Position numbers and translations under genes: made by a program. The notes under the pieces are model-generated. The model searched no databases, was not told the origin of the DNA, and saw only the letters and a list, made by a program, of their open reading frames with translations. Below are positions 47,277 to 57,599 of a stretch of 64,000 bases of DNA, piece by piece. The stretch's first letter is position 1. Every line of letters starts with the position of its first letter. The stretch lies in the sequence record MN176217. One strand, written 5' to 3'. This DNA comes from Escherichia phage vB_Eco4M-7.

Positions 47277-48137
47277 TTAAAACTCTTCTGCGTCGGTCGG
47301 AGTTTCATTGACAGGACCAGCGGCACCGCTTGCTTCTTCCTGCTTGCTGCGGTCGATGTTAACGTTACCGCCAACTACGTCGTTGTGGAATGCCTTGGCG
47401 ACTTCGTACAGGCCTTTGTCCTGCACCAGACCTTCTAGCTCAAACTTCAGAACAGACCAGGTGTTGCCGTCTTTGGACTGGGATGCAGTACCCATGCGAA
47501 CGATGTTCATAAAGGTCGGCGGCGTTTTCAGACCCTGCGGAGTCTGAACTTTCTTCTGCTGCAGAGCGGTCATCAGCATGCGAGACGGCTTGATCATGGA
47601 AGAAGTCAGAGACAGCATTGCGCTACCAAATTCACCAGTTTCTTCGTTCAACAGAATTACGAAGTGGTTGCGTGTATCTGCGTAGTAAGGAGATTTCTTC
47701 TCGTGCACCTTGCCGTTTTCGTCCGGCACGAATACCTTACCGTTGATCTCAACAGCGCGGCCTGCCGCGACTTCTGCATCAACGTGCTCTTTGGTGAATT
47801 CACCTTTAAAGCCTTTATCGTCGGACTCGCGACCGCCCCAAAGAATGAAGGTGCGTTTGAATGCGCAAGGGATGATCTGCACGCCTTTCTTACCGTCATA
47901 CAACTCACCAGTAACGGTGTTGTAAAGCATGCCAGCTTTTGCACCAGGAACGTGTTTTGGATCATCTTCGTCGACCATAGGAGACATCTTCTGCAGGACG
48001 ACGATAAAAGGAATGGCATACGCATCGGCATCGGCACCTTCAAAACCAGCGCCAAAATCGGTCATGTCGACAAAATCAGCCATAGCGGACATCTGGGTGT
48101 TTTTCACTGCAACTTCGGTAGTTTCTTTCTTAGACAT
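47277..48137 (-). CDS. putative ssDNA-binding protein (acidic C-terminal tail ending in Phe)
   Basis: 286 aa; C-terminus ...PVNETPTDAEEF; position in replication module. Confidence 0.4.
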   Translation of the reverse strand: MSKKETTEVAVKNTQMSAMADFVDMTDFGAGFEGADADAYAIPFIVVLQKMSPMVDEDDPKHVPGAKAGMLYNTVTGELYDGKKGVQIIPCAFKRTFILWGGRESDDKGFKGEFTKEHVDAEVAAGRAVEINGKVFVPDENGKVHEKKSPYYADTRNHFVILLNEETGEFGSAMLSLTSSMIKPSRMLMTALQQKKVQTPQGLKTPPTFMNIVRMGTASQSKDGNTWSVLKFELEGLVQDKGLYEVAKAFHNDVVGGNVNIDRSKQEEASGAAGPVNETPTDAEEF

Positions 48138-48196
48138 TTGATATTTTCCTATAGTATCAAGTTTCGTGGCAACCTGATTTCAAGATAAAGGTTAAA

Positions 48197-48754
48197 TTAC
48201 TTTTTGCTTTTAGGCAAGGTTATTTTAGCTTCTTTGTATTCAAAAACGCTAATATCTTCACTAACTGGGTTGCCCGCTTCCAGCTGTTCTTTTACAAATG
48301 ACTTCAGTGTAGCAGAATGAACGCCTTGTTTCAATGTGGCTTCAACACCATCTTCACGCAGCGCGGCAACAATCTCTTGCGCCTGTTCGATTTCTTCGCG
48401 ACCGAACTCAGCCGTGACGCTGGACTTGATCAAGCCGCCGTAACCGTTGTTTACAAGCCAATCGAAAACTTTTAATTCGTTTTCTTTCTTGATTGAAGCG
48501 TTCACCTTGGACTCGACCTTGATTTTGGTCTTGTCCTCAAGCTTGATTTCGGACACACCAAGCTCATCCATAACGCCAGGAAGCAGAACAGTTTTGATTT
48601 CACTGATGCGCTGCTTTTGCATATCAGCTTCATCTTCAAGCTCTGTCAAAGCTTCTTGGCGTTCTGCCAGTTCAGATACTAAGCGCGCAAGGCGCTCTTG
48701 AATGCCCTCAGGAGCAACCTGCGGCAAATCATCTTCCCAATTAATATTGCTCAT
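48197..48754 (-). CDS. hypothetical acidic coiled-coil protein
   Basis: ORF track 185 aa. Confidence 0.5.
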   Translation of the reverse strand: MSNINWEDDLPQVAPEGIQERLARLVSELAERQEALTELEDEADMQKQRISEIKTVLLPGVMDELGVSEIKLEDKTKIKVESKVNASIKKENELKVFDWLVNNGYGGLIKSSVTAEFGREEIEQAQEIVAALREDGVEATLKQGVHSATLKSFVKEQLEAGNPVSEDISVFEYKEAKITLPKSKK

Positions 48755-49014
48755 ATTTTACCTTCTTGCATTAGCCCTTCAACACGGGTCATTTGATAAC
48801 GTTCAGGTTTCCAAGCCGCCAAAGCCTTCTCAGCGCCTTTTAAGGTTTTATATGCCTTGATGCCAGGCACAATAACGGTATTCACCCCAGCACCGTTGCC
48901 ATAATCAAACTCTTTCACAACGCGGAACATCCCGTCAATTTCTTTGACCAAAAGACGTTTGAAAGCGATTGCGCCAGTAGCTTCATTTTTGTAACGTTCA
49001 AGGATGCGTACCAT
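48751..49014 (-). CDS. hypothetical protein
   Basis: ORF track 87 aa. Confidence 0.45.
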   Translation of the reverse strand: MVRILERYKNEATGAIAFKRLLVKEIDGMFRVVKEFDYGNGAGVNTVIVPGIKAYKTLKGAEKALAAWKPERYQMTRVEGLMQEGKI

Positions 49015-49088
49015 TTTGTATTCCTCTGTTTCGTTTCGATGAAGTAATTATGACTCATCTTCCGTGACAAGTCAAATTATTTTTGATA

Positions 49089-50612
49089 TTAATTCATCTT
49101 TTTGCCGTCGAGGATGTGATCAGCAAGCATAGACTTCATACTCAATGAACGCTGAATTTCTTCGTCGATGGTATCAACCCCAATAAAATCAACATACAAC
49201 ACGCTTGATTTGGTGCCGATGCGGTGATTTCGGTCTTCGGATTGCTTGCGCAACTCGTTGTCATAGTTGCAAGAATAATAGATTGCCAAGTCGGCGGCGG
49301 TAAGCGTGATTCCGATGCCTGCCGCTGCAGCGTGACAAACTAAGACTTGCGTTCCACCGTTCTCAACTGTGTTCTTTTGGAAGTCATCAATCAAGAACTC
49401 GCGCTGCTCTTTTGATGTTTCACCGTTGTACACACCAGTGACCACGCCTTCAGACTCAAGCCAATCCTTAATCTGGTTCATCTCTTCCTTAAAGATGGCC
49501 CAAACAATGAATTTGCGCTCTGGGTCATCTTCCAACACCCCTTCCACATAGTCCTTAAAGGCCGTGAATCGTGGGTTGTCTTCCATGTACACCATCTCAT
49601 CATACACCTTAACAAAGCCTGATGTCACCTGCTTCATCTTAGTGCGAGATGCGATCATCTCAAACTTAACGTTTTCTTCTTCGCCTTTATACTCCATCAG
49701 ATAGTTGTACTCATTCTTGAGTTCATCATAGACATCGCGCTGCTTAGGCGACAACTCGAAGTCGATAAACTTGTACACCTTCTCTGGAAGGTCCGGCAGG
49801 TATTCCGCTTTTGTCGCGCGGAAATAGTGCGGCTCCATCAGCCGGATAAGCTTGTCAAGGTTTTTGTACATCGGTCGGCCAAACTGGTCTTTGCGCGGCA
49901 CTTGCGGAATGCCATAACCGTTGCCGCCGATTTTCTTGAGAATGGCCTGCATCTCTGGGTCGTGCGCTTCAAGTAGTACTGTGAATTCAGAGTTAAATGC
50001 GCGGAACGATTTGGTGCCAAGCAAACCTGCTTCAAGGAAGTGATACTGCATGTAAATATCAGCAGGCGAGCGCGGCAGCGGCGTACCGGAAAGGATTCGA
50101 CGGGCCTTTGCCAGCCGTCCCAATTCCACAACCTTGATGGAGCGTTTGGCTGTGTTATTTTTGATACGCGTCGATTCATCAATGATCATCAAACAGCGGT
50201 ATTTCTTCAAGACCGACTCAATGTGTTGATAACCGACTGGTGTGTTGACGGTGTCAATGTTGAATGAGAAGATGCGCGCAGGCACTTCGCCTTCAGGGTA
50301 GTGATCAGCAAACATCTTCTCCCAAAGCGCCTTGCCCTTTTTAGTCTTCATCTTGTCATTGCCGCGCCAGTAATGCCCAATCCACTTGATGGAAAGGTGT
50401 TCTGGTGCTTCACGACGAATCCAGTTTGAGTGTACACCGTTAGGAGCGATGACAACCATGGCATCAAATGCGCCAGCGGCGAAGTGTTTTTCAAACTCTG
50501 CCAAAGCGGTCCAGGTTTTGCCAAGACCCTGCTCCATAAAATAAGCAAAGTATTTTCTGCGGCCTGCTTTATCAAGCGCCAATAATTGGTGGCGCATTCC
50601 TTGTGTTTTCAT
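49089..50612 (-). CDS. SNF2-family helicase
   Basis: 507 aa; EQGLGKTW (Walker A), IIDESTRIKN (DExx box). Confidence 0.75.
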   Translation of the reverse strand: MKTQGMRHQLLALDKAGRRKYFAYFMEQGLGKTWTALAEFEKHFAAGAFDAMVVIAPNGVHSNWIRREAPEHLSIKWIGHYWRGNDKMKTKKGKALWEKMFADHYPEGEVPARIFSFNIDTVNTPVGYQHIESVLKKYRCLMIIDESTRIKNNTAKRSIKVVELGRLAKARRILSGTPLPRSPADIYMQYHFLEAGLLGTKSFRAFNSEFTVLLEAHDPEMQAILKKIGGNGYGIPQVPRKDQFGRPMYKNLDKLIRLMEPHYFRATKAEYLPDLPEKVYKFIDFELSPKQRDVYDELKNEYNYLMEYKGEEENVKFEMIASRTKMKQVTSGFVKVYDEMVYMEDNPRFTAFKDYVEGVLEDDPERKFIVWAIFKEEMNQIKDWLESEGVVTGVYNGETSKEQREFLIDDFQKNTVENGGTQVLVCHAAAAGIGITLTAADLAIYYSCNYDNELRKQSEDRNHRIGTKSSVLYVDFIGVDTIDEEIQRSLSMKSMLADHILDGKKMN

Positions 50613-51031
50613 GACAATTCCTCTAAATACTTGATGATGTGATGAATAGTTCCCTTCACGATTATCTCACGTTGAACGTCTGCAGTATTATAACGCTTTA
50701 ATTCAATCGAAGGGTGGACTAAATAAAACATCTTCTCAGAATCAACCTTAAGCAAAACGAATGATGGGTATCTCCAATCATTCCAAGAAGAAAGAAAGCT
50801 GCATTGACCTTTCTCAAATGCATTTCTGAAAGGTGCAGTGGTGGCCCTTGCAGGCCACGATTCAAAGAACTTCATTTCAAGCCAAAAGCCGCGCCCTTTC
50901 CGGTTGGTGCCGATTACGTCCGGCACGCCGTCACCCGTCATCGACTCGATTCGTTGAAGCTTCAATACTGATTCTGAGTGCTTCTTCAGGGGCACGAAAA
51001 TGTATTTTTGTTCACGGTTATTTGTTGCCAT
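50609..51031 (-). CDS. VRR-NUC domain nuclease
   Basis: ATG 51031 with AGGTG RBS; GDGVPDVIG...WLEMKF PD-ExK motif. Confidence 0.6.
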   Translation of the reverse strand: MATNNREQKYIFVPLKKHSESVLKLQRIESMTGDGVPDVIGTNRKGRGFWLEMKFFESWPARATTAPFRNAFEKGQCSFLSSWNDWRYPSFVLLKVDSEKMFYLVHPSIELKRYNTADVQREIIVKGTIHHIIKYLEELS

Positions 51032-53915
51032 CTGGATACACCTGTTTGATAACGTCGACGATGAACATGTCAATTCCTTCAAGCTTGCGACCTTTCATCA
51101 GGAAGAATGCGCCGTTCCCGACGTTTTCAGCAATGTATTTCCCGTACTTCTGGAACTTCTCTGGACGAATCCTGAAGCGCATTGGCGAGTCTGTCGAGTC
51201 GTCTTTGCACATAAGGTCGATGAACTGAGTCTCAAGCTTGTTCCCGTACTGGTCAAACTCTGCGTAGCGGCCATCAGCTTGAAGACCCTTTTTAAGCTTG
51301 CCGTGCTTTGTATAGATGCCGCGCTCAAGTCGTTTACGGATGCGTGTTGCTTCGTTCTCGTCCGCAAGCACTTTCTTTGTCAACTTGCCGATTACTATTG
51401 CACGCTCGTCATCGCCGACTTCCTTCATCTGGCGTATTGAAGCGCCGGACGTCACGCCAATCAGATAAGGGTCATTATATGCCCATCCGAACTTTGTGTG
51501 CATCTCTGTAAGGTCGCCATATTTTACTTCAGCAGCGGCCAATGCATCCTTCTGTTTTTGCGTTAATGTTCCGGCTTCGCGCGCTTCGATATACTTCATC
51601 GCCTTCACCATGCCGTACCCTTTCGCGTTCATAATGCCGCCGATTAGCTTTCCGTTCGCGATTGTCCAGTTCATTGAAGAGTGATCAGGGTCGATTGGAA
51701 CGTAATCCACGCCTTCCTTCGCAAGTTCACGTAATATCGCAATCGTCTGGTCTTCGTCCTTAGCAGCGCGTAAGCAGGCAGCGGCAAATTCCAACGGGTA
51801 GTGTCGCTTAAGCCACAATGTCCAGTAGGTCACGACCGCGTATGACACGGAGTGCGACTTGTTAAAGCCCCATGACCCGAACGTGGCCATCGCTTGCCAA
51901 AGCTTTCTTGCATCCGCTTCCGGTACGCCGTTATTTATTGCGCCTGCAACGAAGTCTTCGCCAAGCTTGTTAAAGTATTCTTCACCCTTACGGCCTGACA
52001 TTGCCTTACGTACAGCGGATGTTTTCGCCCAGTCAAATGAACCAATCTCTTTGACCACGGCCATGATTTGCTCTTGGTAAAGAAACACTCCGTAAGTCTC
52101 TTTTAAGTACGGCTCAAGCTGCGGCACGTCGTATTCAATCGGCGCACGCCCTGCCGCGCGTTCAATGTATTTCTGGGCCATACCGGACGACAACGGTCCA
52201 GGTCGACCAAGGGCTGTCAGGTTATCGATTTTGTTGAAGTTGTCAACGTGCACAAAGTTTGTCACTGAGCGTACAGCATCGCCTTCGAACTGGAAGATGC
52301 CTGACATCTTGTTTTCGTTAAGGATGTCAAGGACGCTTTGATCATCAAGCTTGATTCCGTAGAGCGTTTCAGCATCAATAACGCCTGTATCAGAAATAAT
52401 GCCGAGAGTACGAAGGCCCAGCGCATCAAGCTTCAAAAGGTTGAGGTATTCGCTGTCAGGCTTATCGATTTGCGCAATCCCTTCTGCAGTTACAGTACAG
52501 TAATCAGAGATTGGGTCATTACAAACAATGATTCCCGCTGCGTGCACCCCTGTGTGGGACGGGTGAATCTCAAGGTCACCCATGCAACGCGCGGCGTCAG
52601 GATATTTCGCCACGAACTCTTGGCCCGTGGTCGTTGTTGCAAAGGTATCCTCCAGGCCGTGACCATAACGGGCGTCACCGGATGAGTATTCAAGCAGTGC
52701 GTTTTTAATGTTGGCCGTTTCGTGGTATCCAATGTTGAACTTCTTACCAACCTGCGCCATTACTGAGTTGGCCTTAAGCGTGTTGATGTTGCCAAGCTTT
52801 GCAACGTTCATTTCGCCGTATTTCTCTTTAAGATAATCAAACACCATATAGCGTTTGGTATCTTCAAAGTCGATGTCGATGTCAGGAAGGTCGGCGCGGC
52901 TTACGTCGATGAATCGGGCAAACAGCAGCTTATACGGGATTGGGTCCACTTCCGTGATGCCGAGGCAATAGCAAACAAGTGAACCAGCCGATGAGCCGCG
53001 TGCAGGACCGACGAGCATTTTTGTTTTTGCGAATCGTACAAGGTCCGCTACCACCAGAAAGTATGAGTCGAAATCTTTCAGCTGAATCTGGTGAATTTCT
53101 TCGTTGAAGCGGTCCTCATATTCCTGAGTCCATTCTTTGATGTGACCTGCTTTTAGACGGTACTCCATCCCCTCGCGAGCAAGCTTTACCATGTCACCAG
53201 CAAGGTGAATAATCGGTGCCTTACGCAATTTCAAGTCAAGTCCGACTATGCCGTTTGCTATGTCAACAGCATTGGCCGTTGCCTGATCAAGTTCATCTTC
53301 AGTCAAGATGCCTTTAAGCTGTTTGCGCAAGTCTTCCACGCCAACGATGCAATGCGGCTTAACCGTATCGCGAACTTCCCAAGCATAAGCGAAGTCAACG
53401 TGCTCAGGAGAAGGCATGTGATTGTATCCGGTTAAAACCAGCGGCCTTCCACCGCTACAATGAGCCAATGCCTGGCGCTTTGCCAAAAGGAACGATGATG
53501 GGTTGACGTCTATATAGTCGTAGTCCTCTGGCCGCAGCAGCTCCACGGCACCGCCACAGAATTTAACGACGCCATCAAGCGCACCGAACTCTGCACGGGT
53601 AAGGCCGCCGCGCTGCGTTGCAAGTGTCGTAGCGTTGTAAAAAGATTTTAAGTCAAGGGCCAATATCCAAGCCTTCGGTTTGAATCCCTTTTTCGGGTCC
53701 GCATCAGGGTCGATGATTGGAATCTCCATTCCAAACATAGGCTTAATATCATTTTTCTGGCATTCCTTTTCCCAGCGAACGTGACCCCATGTGTTGTTAT
53801 CAACTAATGCCGCGACTTCGCAGCCCAACTCTTTGAGCCGTGCTATAATTTCAGGATGCCGTCCATAAACTTCTTTGAACGTGTAACCGCTGCGAACTCT
53901 CAATTGTGGAAACAT
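51018..53915 (-). CDS. DNA polymerase III alpha subunit (DnaE-like)
   Basis: 965 aa; N-terminal PHP-like LRVRSGYTF; continuous ORF. Confidence 0.75.
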   Translation of the reverse strand: MFPQLRVRSGYTFKEVYGRHPEIIARLKELGCEVAALVDNNTWGHVRWEKECQKNDIKPMFGMEIPIIDPDADPKKGFKPKAWILALDLKSFYNATTLATQRGGLTRAEFGALDGVVKFCGGAVELLRPEDYDYIDVNPSSFLLAKRQALAHCSGGRPLVLTGYNHMPSPEHVDFAYAWEVRDTVKPHCIVGVEDLRKQLKGILTEDELDQATANAVDIANGIVGLDLKLRKAPIIHLAGDMVKLAREGMEYRLKAGHIKEWTQEYEDRFNEEIHQIQLKDFDSYFLVVADLVRFAKTKMLVGPARGSSAGSLVCYCLGITEVDPIPYKLLFARFIDVSRADLPDIDIDFEDTKRYMVFDYLKEKYGEMNVAKLGNINTLKANSVMAQVGKKFNIGYHETANIKNALLEYSSGDARYGHGLEDTFATTTTGQEFVAKYPDAARCMGDLEIHPSHTGVHAAGIIVCNDPISDYCTVTAEGIAQIDKPDSEYLNLLKLDALGLRTLGIISDTGVIDAETLYGIKLDDQSVLDILNENKMSGIFQFEGDAVRSVTNFVHVDNFNKIDNLTALGRPGPLSSGMAQKYIERAAGRAPIEYDVPQLEPYLKETYGVFLYQEQIMAVVKEIGSFDWAKTSAVRKAMSGRKGEEYFNKLGEDFVAGAINNGVPEADARKLWQAMATFGSWGFNKSHSVSYAVVTYWTLWLKRHYPLEFAAACLRAAKDEDQTIAILRELAKEGVDYVPIDPDHSSMNWTIANGKLIGGIMNAKGYGMVKAMKYIEAREAGTLTQKQKDALAAAEVKYGDLTEMHTKFGWAYNDPYLIGVTSGASIRQMKEVGDDERAIVIGKLTKKVLADENEATRIRKRLERGIYTKHGKLKKGLQADGRYAEFDQYGNKLETQFIDLMCKDDSTDSPMRFRIRPEKFQKYGKYIAENVGNGAFFLMKGRKLEGIDMFIVDVIKQVYPDGNK

Positions 53916-54457
53916 TATTTACTCCAGATGTCATATACGCCAATTTGTTGGCAGACTTTGTGCAGTAATATTACGTCGTCTAATGCACGGTGTTTCTGTT
54001 CATATTTTCCGAAATATAATTCATACAGCTCTTGAAGCTTAACTCTTCGGCCAAAAATAGGCAAGGTTTGCTCAACTGTACAAATGTTTATTTCTGGAAA
54101 ATTAACATCATCAAGCGTAAGTCCTTCGCGCTGTAGTGCATAATCAAGAATGTTTTTATCGAACGCATGGTTGTGCGCGATAGTGGCATCCGTCTTCTTG
54201 AAGATTTCTTTTAGCTGCGGGACAAAATTGATGAATGGTGGATTGCACTCAAGGTCTTCATTTGTTAATCCGGTAATCTTTGTGATAATTTCTTCAATCA
54301 CGATTTCAGGATTAATTATGAATTCAAACGTTTCAAGAATCTCTTTGCCGTCTGTCAACAGACCTGCAAATTCAATAGGGCGCGGCTGCATCCCAAGCGG
54401 CGCTTTCGGGTGCACGGTCAATCCGGTTGTTTCGAAGTCATAAGGGAGAAATAACAC
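53915..54457 (-). CDS. DnaQ-like 3'-5' exonuclease
   Basis: 180 aa; Exo I motif YDFETTGL. Confidence 0.75.
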   Translation of the reverse strand: MLFLPYDFETTGLTVHPKAPLGMQPRPIEFAGLLTDGKEILETFEFIINPEIVIEEIITKITGLTNEDLECNPPFINFVPQLKEIFKKTDATIAHNHAFDKNILDYALQREGLTLDDVNFPEINICTVEQTLPIFGRRVKLQELYELYFGKYEQKHRALDDVILLHKVCQQIGVYDIWSK

Positions 54458-54511
54458 ATTAGCCTCCTACAAAAAGGCCGCCCATTAGGACGGCCACAGA
54501 TTCACGATTCG

Positions 54512-55063
54512 TTATACAGTGTACGGAGTACCGTCTTGATTCAAGCGCACGATAAACTTCAAATCAACGCCGATGATTTCACGCGTATCAAAGATCACAT
54601 AGTTGTAACGACGTTGACCAGCAATGTTCGGGTTGGTATGAGAGTCAGTTACAACTTCCTGTGCAACCTGAATGCCTTCTTCGCTAAAGAACTTACGCCA
54701 TTCAGCAAGTTCAGCGGCAGTTACGTGCATACCAAGATGGCTAACCTGATTGTCATGCGCATCGATATATTCGATGTTTTCGTTAATCCAGTTGCAACCC
54801 ATTGTGTAGTCAAGGATTTCAAGCTCAAGAGGCTTACCAGCGCCCCCATCAGTACCGTTGCCAGCCTGATAGTTGAAGCGCAAGTCAGCTTCATTGGTGC
54901 AATCGTCGCGACGACCTTTAAAGTCATCAGCTTCAAATACGCGACCAGTAGCAACAACATGATCATGGAACCATTCTGTCAGGCCGATTTTAGCCAAGAA
55001 ATCCTGTGCGCGCTGAGCATCTGGAATTGACAGGGCGATTTGTTCAATTTTAAAATGTGGCAT
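54512..55063 (-). CDS. hypothetical protein, possible VOC (glyoxalase-like) fold
   Basis: 183 aa; His/Glu pattern only; weak. Confidence 0.3.
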   Translation of the reverse strand: MPHFKIEQIALSIPDAQRAQDFLAKIGLTEWFHDHVVATGRVFEADDFKGRRDDCTNEADLRFNYQAGNGTDGGAGKPLELEILDYTMGCNWINENIEYIDAHDNQVSHLGMHVTAAELAEWRKFFSEEGIQVAQEVVTDSHTNPNIAGQRRYNYVIFDTREIIGVDLKFIVRLNQDGTPYTV

Positions 55064-55159
55064 TTTGTTTCCTTAATTAAATATTATTGATTAATTACTG
55101 TGTTGTCTTCGTCCTGTTTCTTTTCAGGAGCGGGTGTGACAACTTCAAATGTTCGTGAT

Positions 55160-55843
55160 TTATTTACCAAATGGAATATCAGTACCAGACATAAAGCGCC
55201 ATGCGCCCGTAATTAAGATATGGCGAATGAAGTCAGCAATTACTTGCGGCTCAGTCTCCAATCCATTCATCAATGCCTTTTTCTGGTATTCAGCGGCGTA
55301 TTCAGGAGTCCAGCCGCGAGTCGCGCAAACGGCATCTTCAATCTGTTTAGACATGCCAGTGCCGCGCAACTTGTTAGGACTAATAGAGAATACCGTGATG
55401 CCGTACTTAGGCGTAAGTTCGTGAGCCATCTGCTTGCTGATCATAAGCGCAGCAGCCTTGGATGCATTATAACATAAGCTGGACGTCATAGGAATATGCG
55501 CAGCGTTGGAAACAATGTTGATCACAAAGCCTTTGTTGTCGATAAGACTTTTCAGCGCAGCCTGAGTCGTGTTAACGAAAGAGAATGCGTTGGTGTGCAT
55601 AACGCGGTTAAACTCTTCATAGTTTACATCTTCAAACCAATTGTTAGAGTTGACACCAGCACAGTTGATCAAGCCTTCAACATCATATGGGCTTAAAATT
55701 TCTTTCATCTGTTTAGCATCGCGGACGTCATATCCGTATGCTGAATCGATGCCAAGCACGTTATGACCGTAAGCGCCAAGGGTGTCAAAAATAGATTTAC
55801 CAAGACCGGAATTGGAACCTGTTACAACAATTACTTTTTTCAT
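55160..55843 (-). CDS. short-chain dehydrogenase/reductase
   Basis: 227 aa; VVTGSNSGLGKS and YNASKAA (YxxxK). Confidence 0.7.
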   Translation of the reverse strand: MKKVIVVTGSNSGLGKSIFDTLGAYGHNVLGIDSAYGYDVRDAKQMKEILSPYDVEGLINCAGVNSNNWFEDVNYEEFNRVMHTNAFSFVNTTQAALKSLIDNKGFVINIVSNAAHIPMTSSLCYNASKAAALMISKQMAHELTPKYGITVFSISPNKLRGTGMSKQIEDAVCATRGWTPEYAAEYQKKALMNGLETEPQVIADFIRHILITGAWRFMSGTDIPFGK

Positions 55844-55910
55844 TTATTTATCCTTTTTTTGGACTTCGTTTCGATGAGGTAAATATAACTCATCGAAACG
55901 CACAAGTAAA

Positions 55911-56786
55911 CTATTTATTGAAATTAATATTATGGGTGTTGACAAGACGTTCACACATGGCGCTATAAACACCATCGTCGTGTATCGAGTCTTCATGCTT
56001 CAGGCCGCTGATTGCGAAGCGTGTAAGCTTGACAATCTTAAGCTCGAACAGGTGCCACATGTGGTAGTCTTCCGGTGTCTTCAACGTTACGCCATTAGGG
56101 AACAACACCTGCATAACCTGACCTACCATCACAGCGTTATCGCCATAAACGGCATTGCGCTCACGGAAGGTCGCTGCCATCGCATCAAGAATATCAGCAG
56201 CGGTTGCTGGGGCTTGTTGTTCAACTTCAACAAGTTTAGTCTCTTCTTTTCCTGTTGCACTTGGATCAACTGCTAATTGTTGCACCACTTCACCTGCCTT
56301 GCAAAGATTAAATGTAAAGGCGATTTTATTTTGCGCCATGGAATTATAATGCAAAGCTTCTTCTTGCATCCGCGCGAGTACGTCTTGTCTATCTTCAAAT
56401 ACGTTGATTATTCGATAATCGCCGTGTCGCAATACATACGATAACCATGCAGATTTCATAACAGTTGATGGACGCTTGTCGCCATGTTCTCTCATCTTGA
56501 TTGTGAATTCATCAAAAGGGAAAACGTTGTCCAGACGTTCAAAAGTGACTTGTCTGTATTTTTCTGGTCTTGCAGTCCAATATTCAACCGCCTCACCGCG
56601 AAGTGATGCCGTCTCTACTGCTGACGCAATGTTAGGATAGAACTGATCATAACCAATGCCGCTGTGGTAATCATCATAGTCGGACAACGGGCCTGCCACC
56701 CTGATACGGTCTAAGCGCCAACGGTCATCAAACAGAGTTCCGTCAAGGTCGAATACGTTTAAGATTTGGTTATTTTTGATACTCAT
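55911..56786 (-). CDS. HAD-superfamily hydrolase with C-terminal extra domain
   Basis: 291 aa; motif I VFDLDGTLF; C-terminal ~130 aa of unknown type. Confidence 0.55.
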   Translation of the reverse strand: MSIKNNQILNVFDLDGTLFDDRWRLDRIRVAGPLSDYDDYHSGIGYDQFYPNIASAVETASLRGEAVEYWTARPEKYRQVTFERLDNVFPFDEFTIKMREHGDKRPSTVMKSAWLSYVLRHGDYRIINVFEDRQDVLARMQEEALHYNSMAQNKIAFTFNLCKAGEVVQQLAVDPSATGKEETKLVEVEQQAPATAADILDAMAATFRERNAVYGDNAVMVGQVMQVLFPNGVTLKTPEDYHMWHLFELKIVKLTRFAISGLKHEDSIHDDGVYSAMCERLVNTHNINFNK

Positions 56787-57586
56787 CCTTTTGATACTCC
56801 ATCTTTGGCAACTGGATTATTGGTGATTGGCATCGCATCCCAAAACTGGATGCGCAACTCTTCTTGCTGTGCAGTGGTATCCATCCAATCACGATACCAT
56901 GGGCAATGGGCCTTACCGTGACGAGGAAATGCGCACTTACCCATACCGATGCACTGCGGCTGTAGTAAAGGATTGGCCCACGGGTGCACCTTAAGGACTT
57001 CCGCAACCATTGCACGGAATACTTCTTGATACTCGCCTTGAGTACGCGTGCACAAGCGGTTAGAGGCCATTTGTTGTAGAGTGCGCAAGTTGAACTTTGC
57101 CATGATATGCGTTTGCATATTAGAAGGCAACACGGCACGTGCATCTTGAATCTCTGCGCCAGCCGCGCGAAGTTCTTGGTATAGGGCGTCAATGGTTGCC
57201 ATTGCATCATCCCATTTCTCTGCCAGTTCAGCAGCCTTCTCGTCATGACGAGTCCATCCCTTTGGATCATCCTCTGGGTAAGTAAATTTGGCAGGACGAA
57301 TCGCATCAAACGCTGATGACTCTTGAGCGCGGCTTGTGCGTTCTTGATATGCACCTGTTCGTGTGCGCACCATCTGATGAGTCATATTCTTTGATACATC
57401 AGTGATGTCAAAGATATAGTCAACAAAGTCGAAAGGTGACTTGATGGTGTCAAGCATGTAGCGCCAGTGCTCTTGCTTCTCTGATTCTGTCATCTCAGAG
57501 ACGGGCTTGCCAGTCATGCGCGTGTTCTTTGTTTCCAGCAAAAGGTCAAGTGCATCTTGGGTGTATCGAATTAATTCAACTTTCAT
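56783..57586 (-). CDS. ThyX-like protein with divergent active-site motif
   Basis: 267 aa; SPFDFVDYIFDITDVSKNMTHQMVRTRTGAYQERTSR parallels ThyX ...[35 protein letters not shown], with RHR replaced by RTR. Confidence 0.5.
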   Translation of the reverse strand: MKVELIRYTQDALDLLLETKNTRMTGKPVSEMTESEKQEHWRYMLDTIKSPFDFVDYIFDITDVSKNMTHQMVRTRTGAYQERTSRAQESSAFDAIRPAKFTYPEDDPKGWTRHDEKAAELAEKWDDAMATIDALYQELRAAGAEIQDARAVLPSNMQTHIMAKFNLRTLQQMASNRLCTRTQGEYQEVFRAMVAEVLKVHPWANPLLQPQCIGMGKCAFPRHGKAHCPWYRDWMDTTAQQEELRIQFWDAMPITNNPVAKDGVSKG

Positions 57587-57599
57587 TTTAATTATCCTA

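Noticed and set aside
51018-53915. Intein or intron in the DnaE-like gene
   Set aside because: ORF is continuous and shorter than typical DnaE with no extra insert; no homing-endonuclease motifs seen
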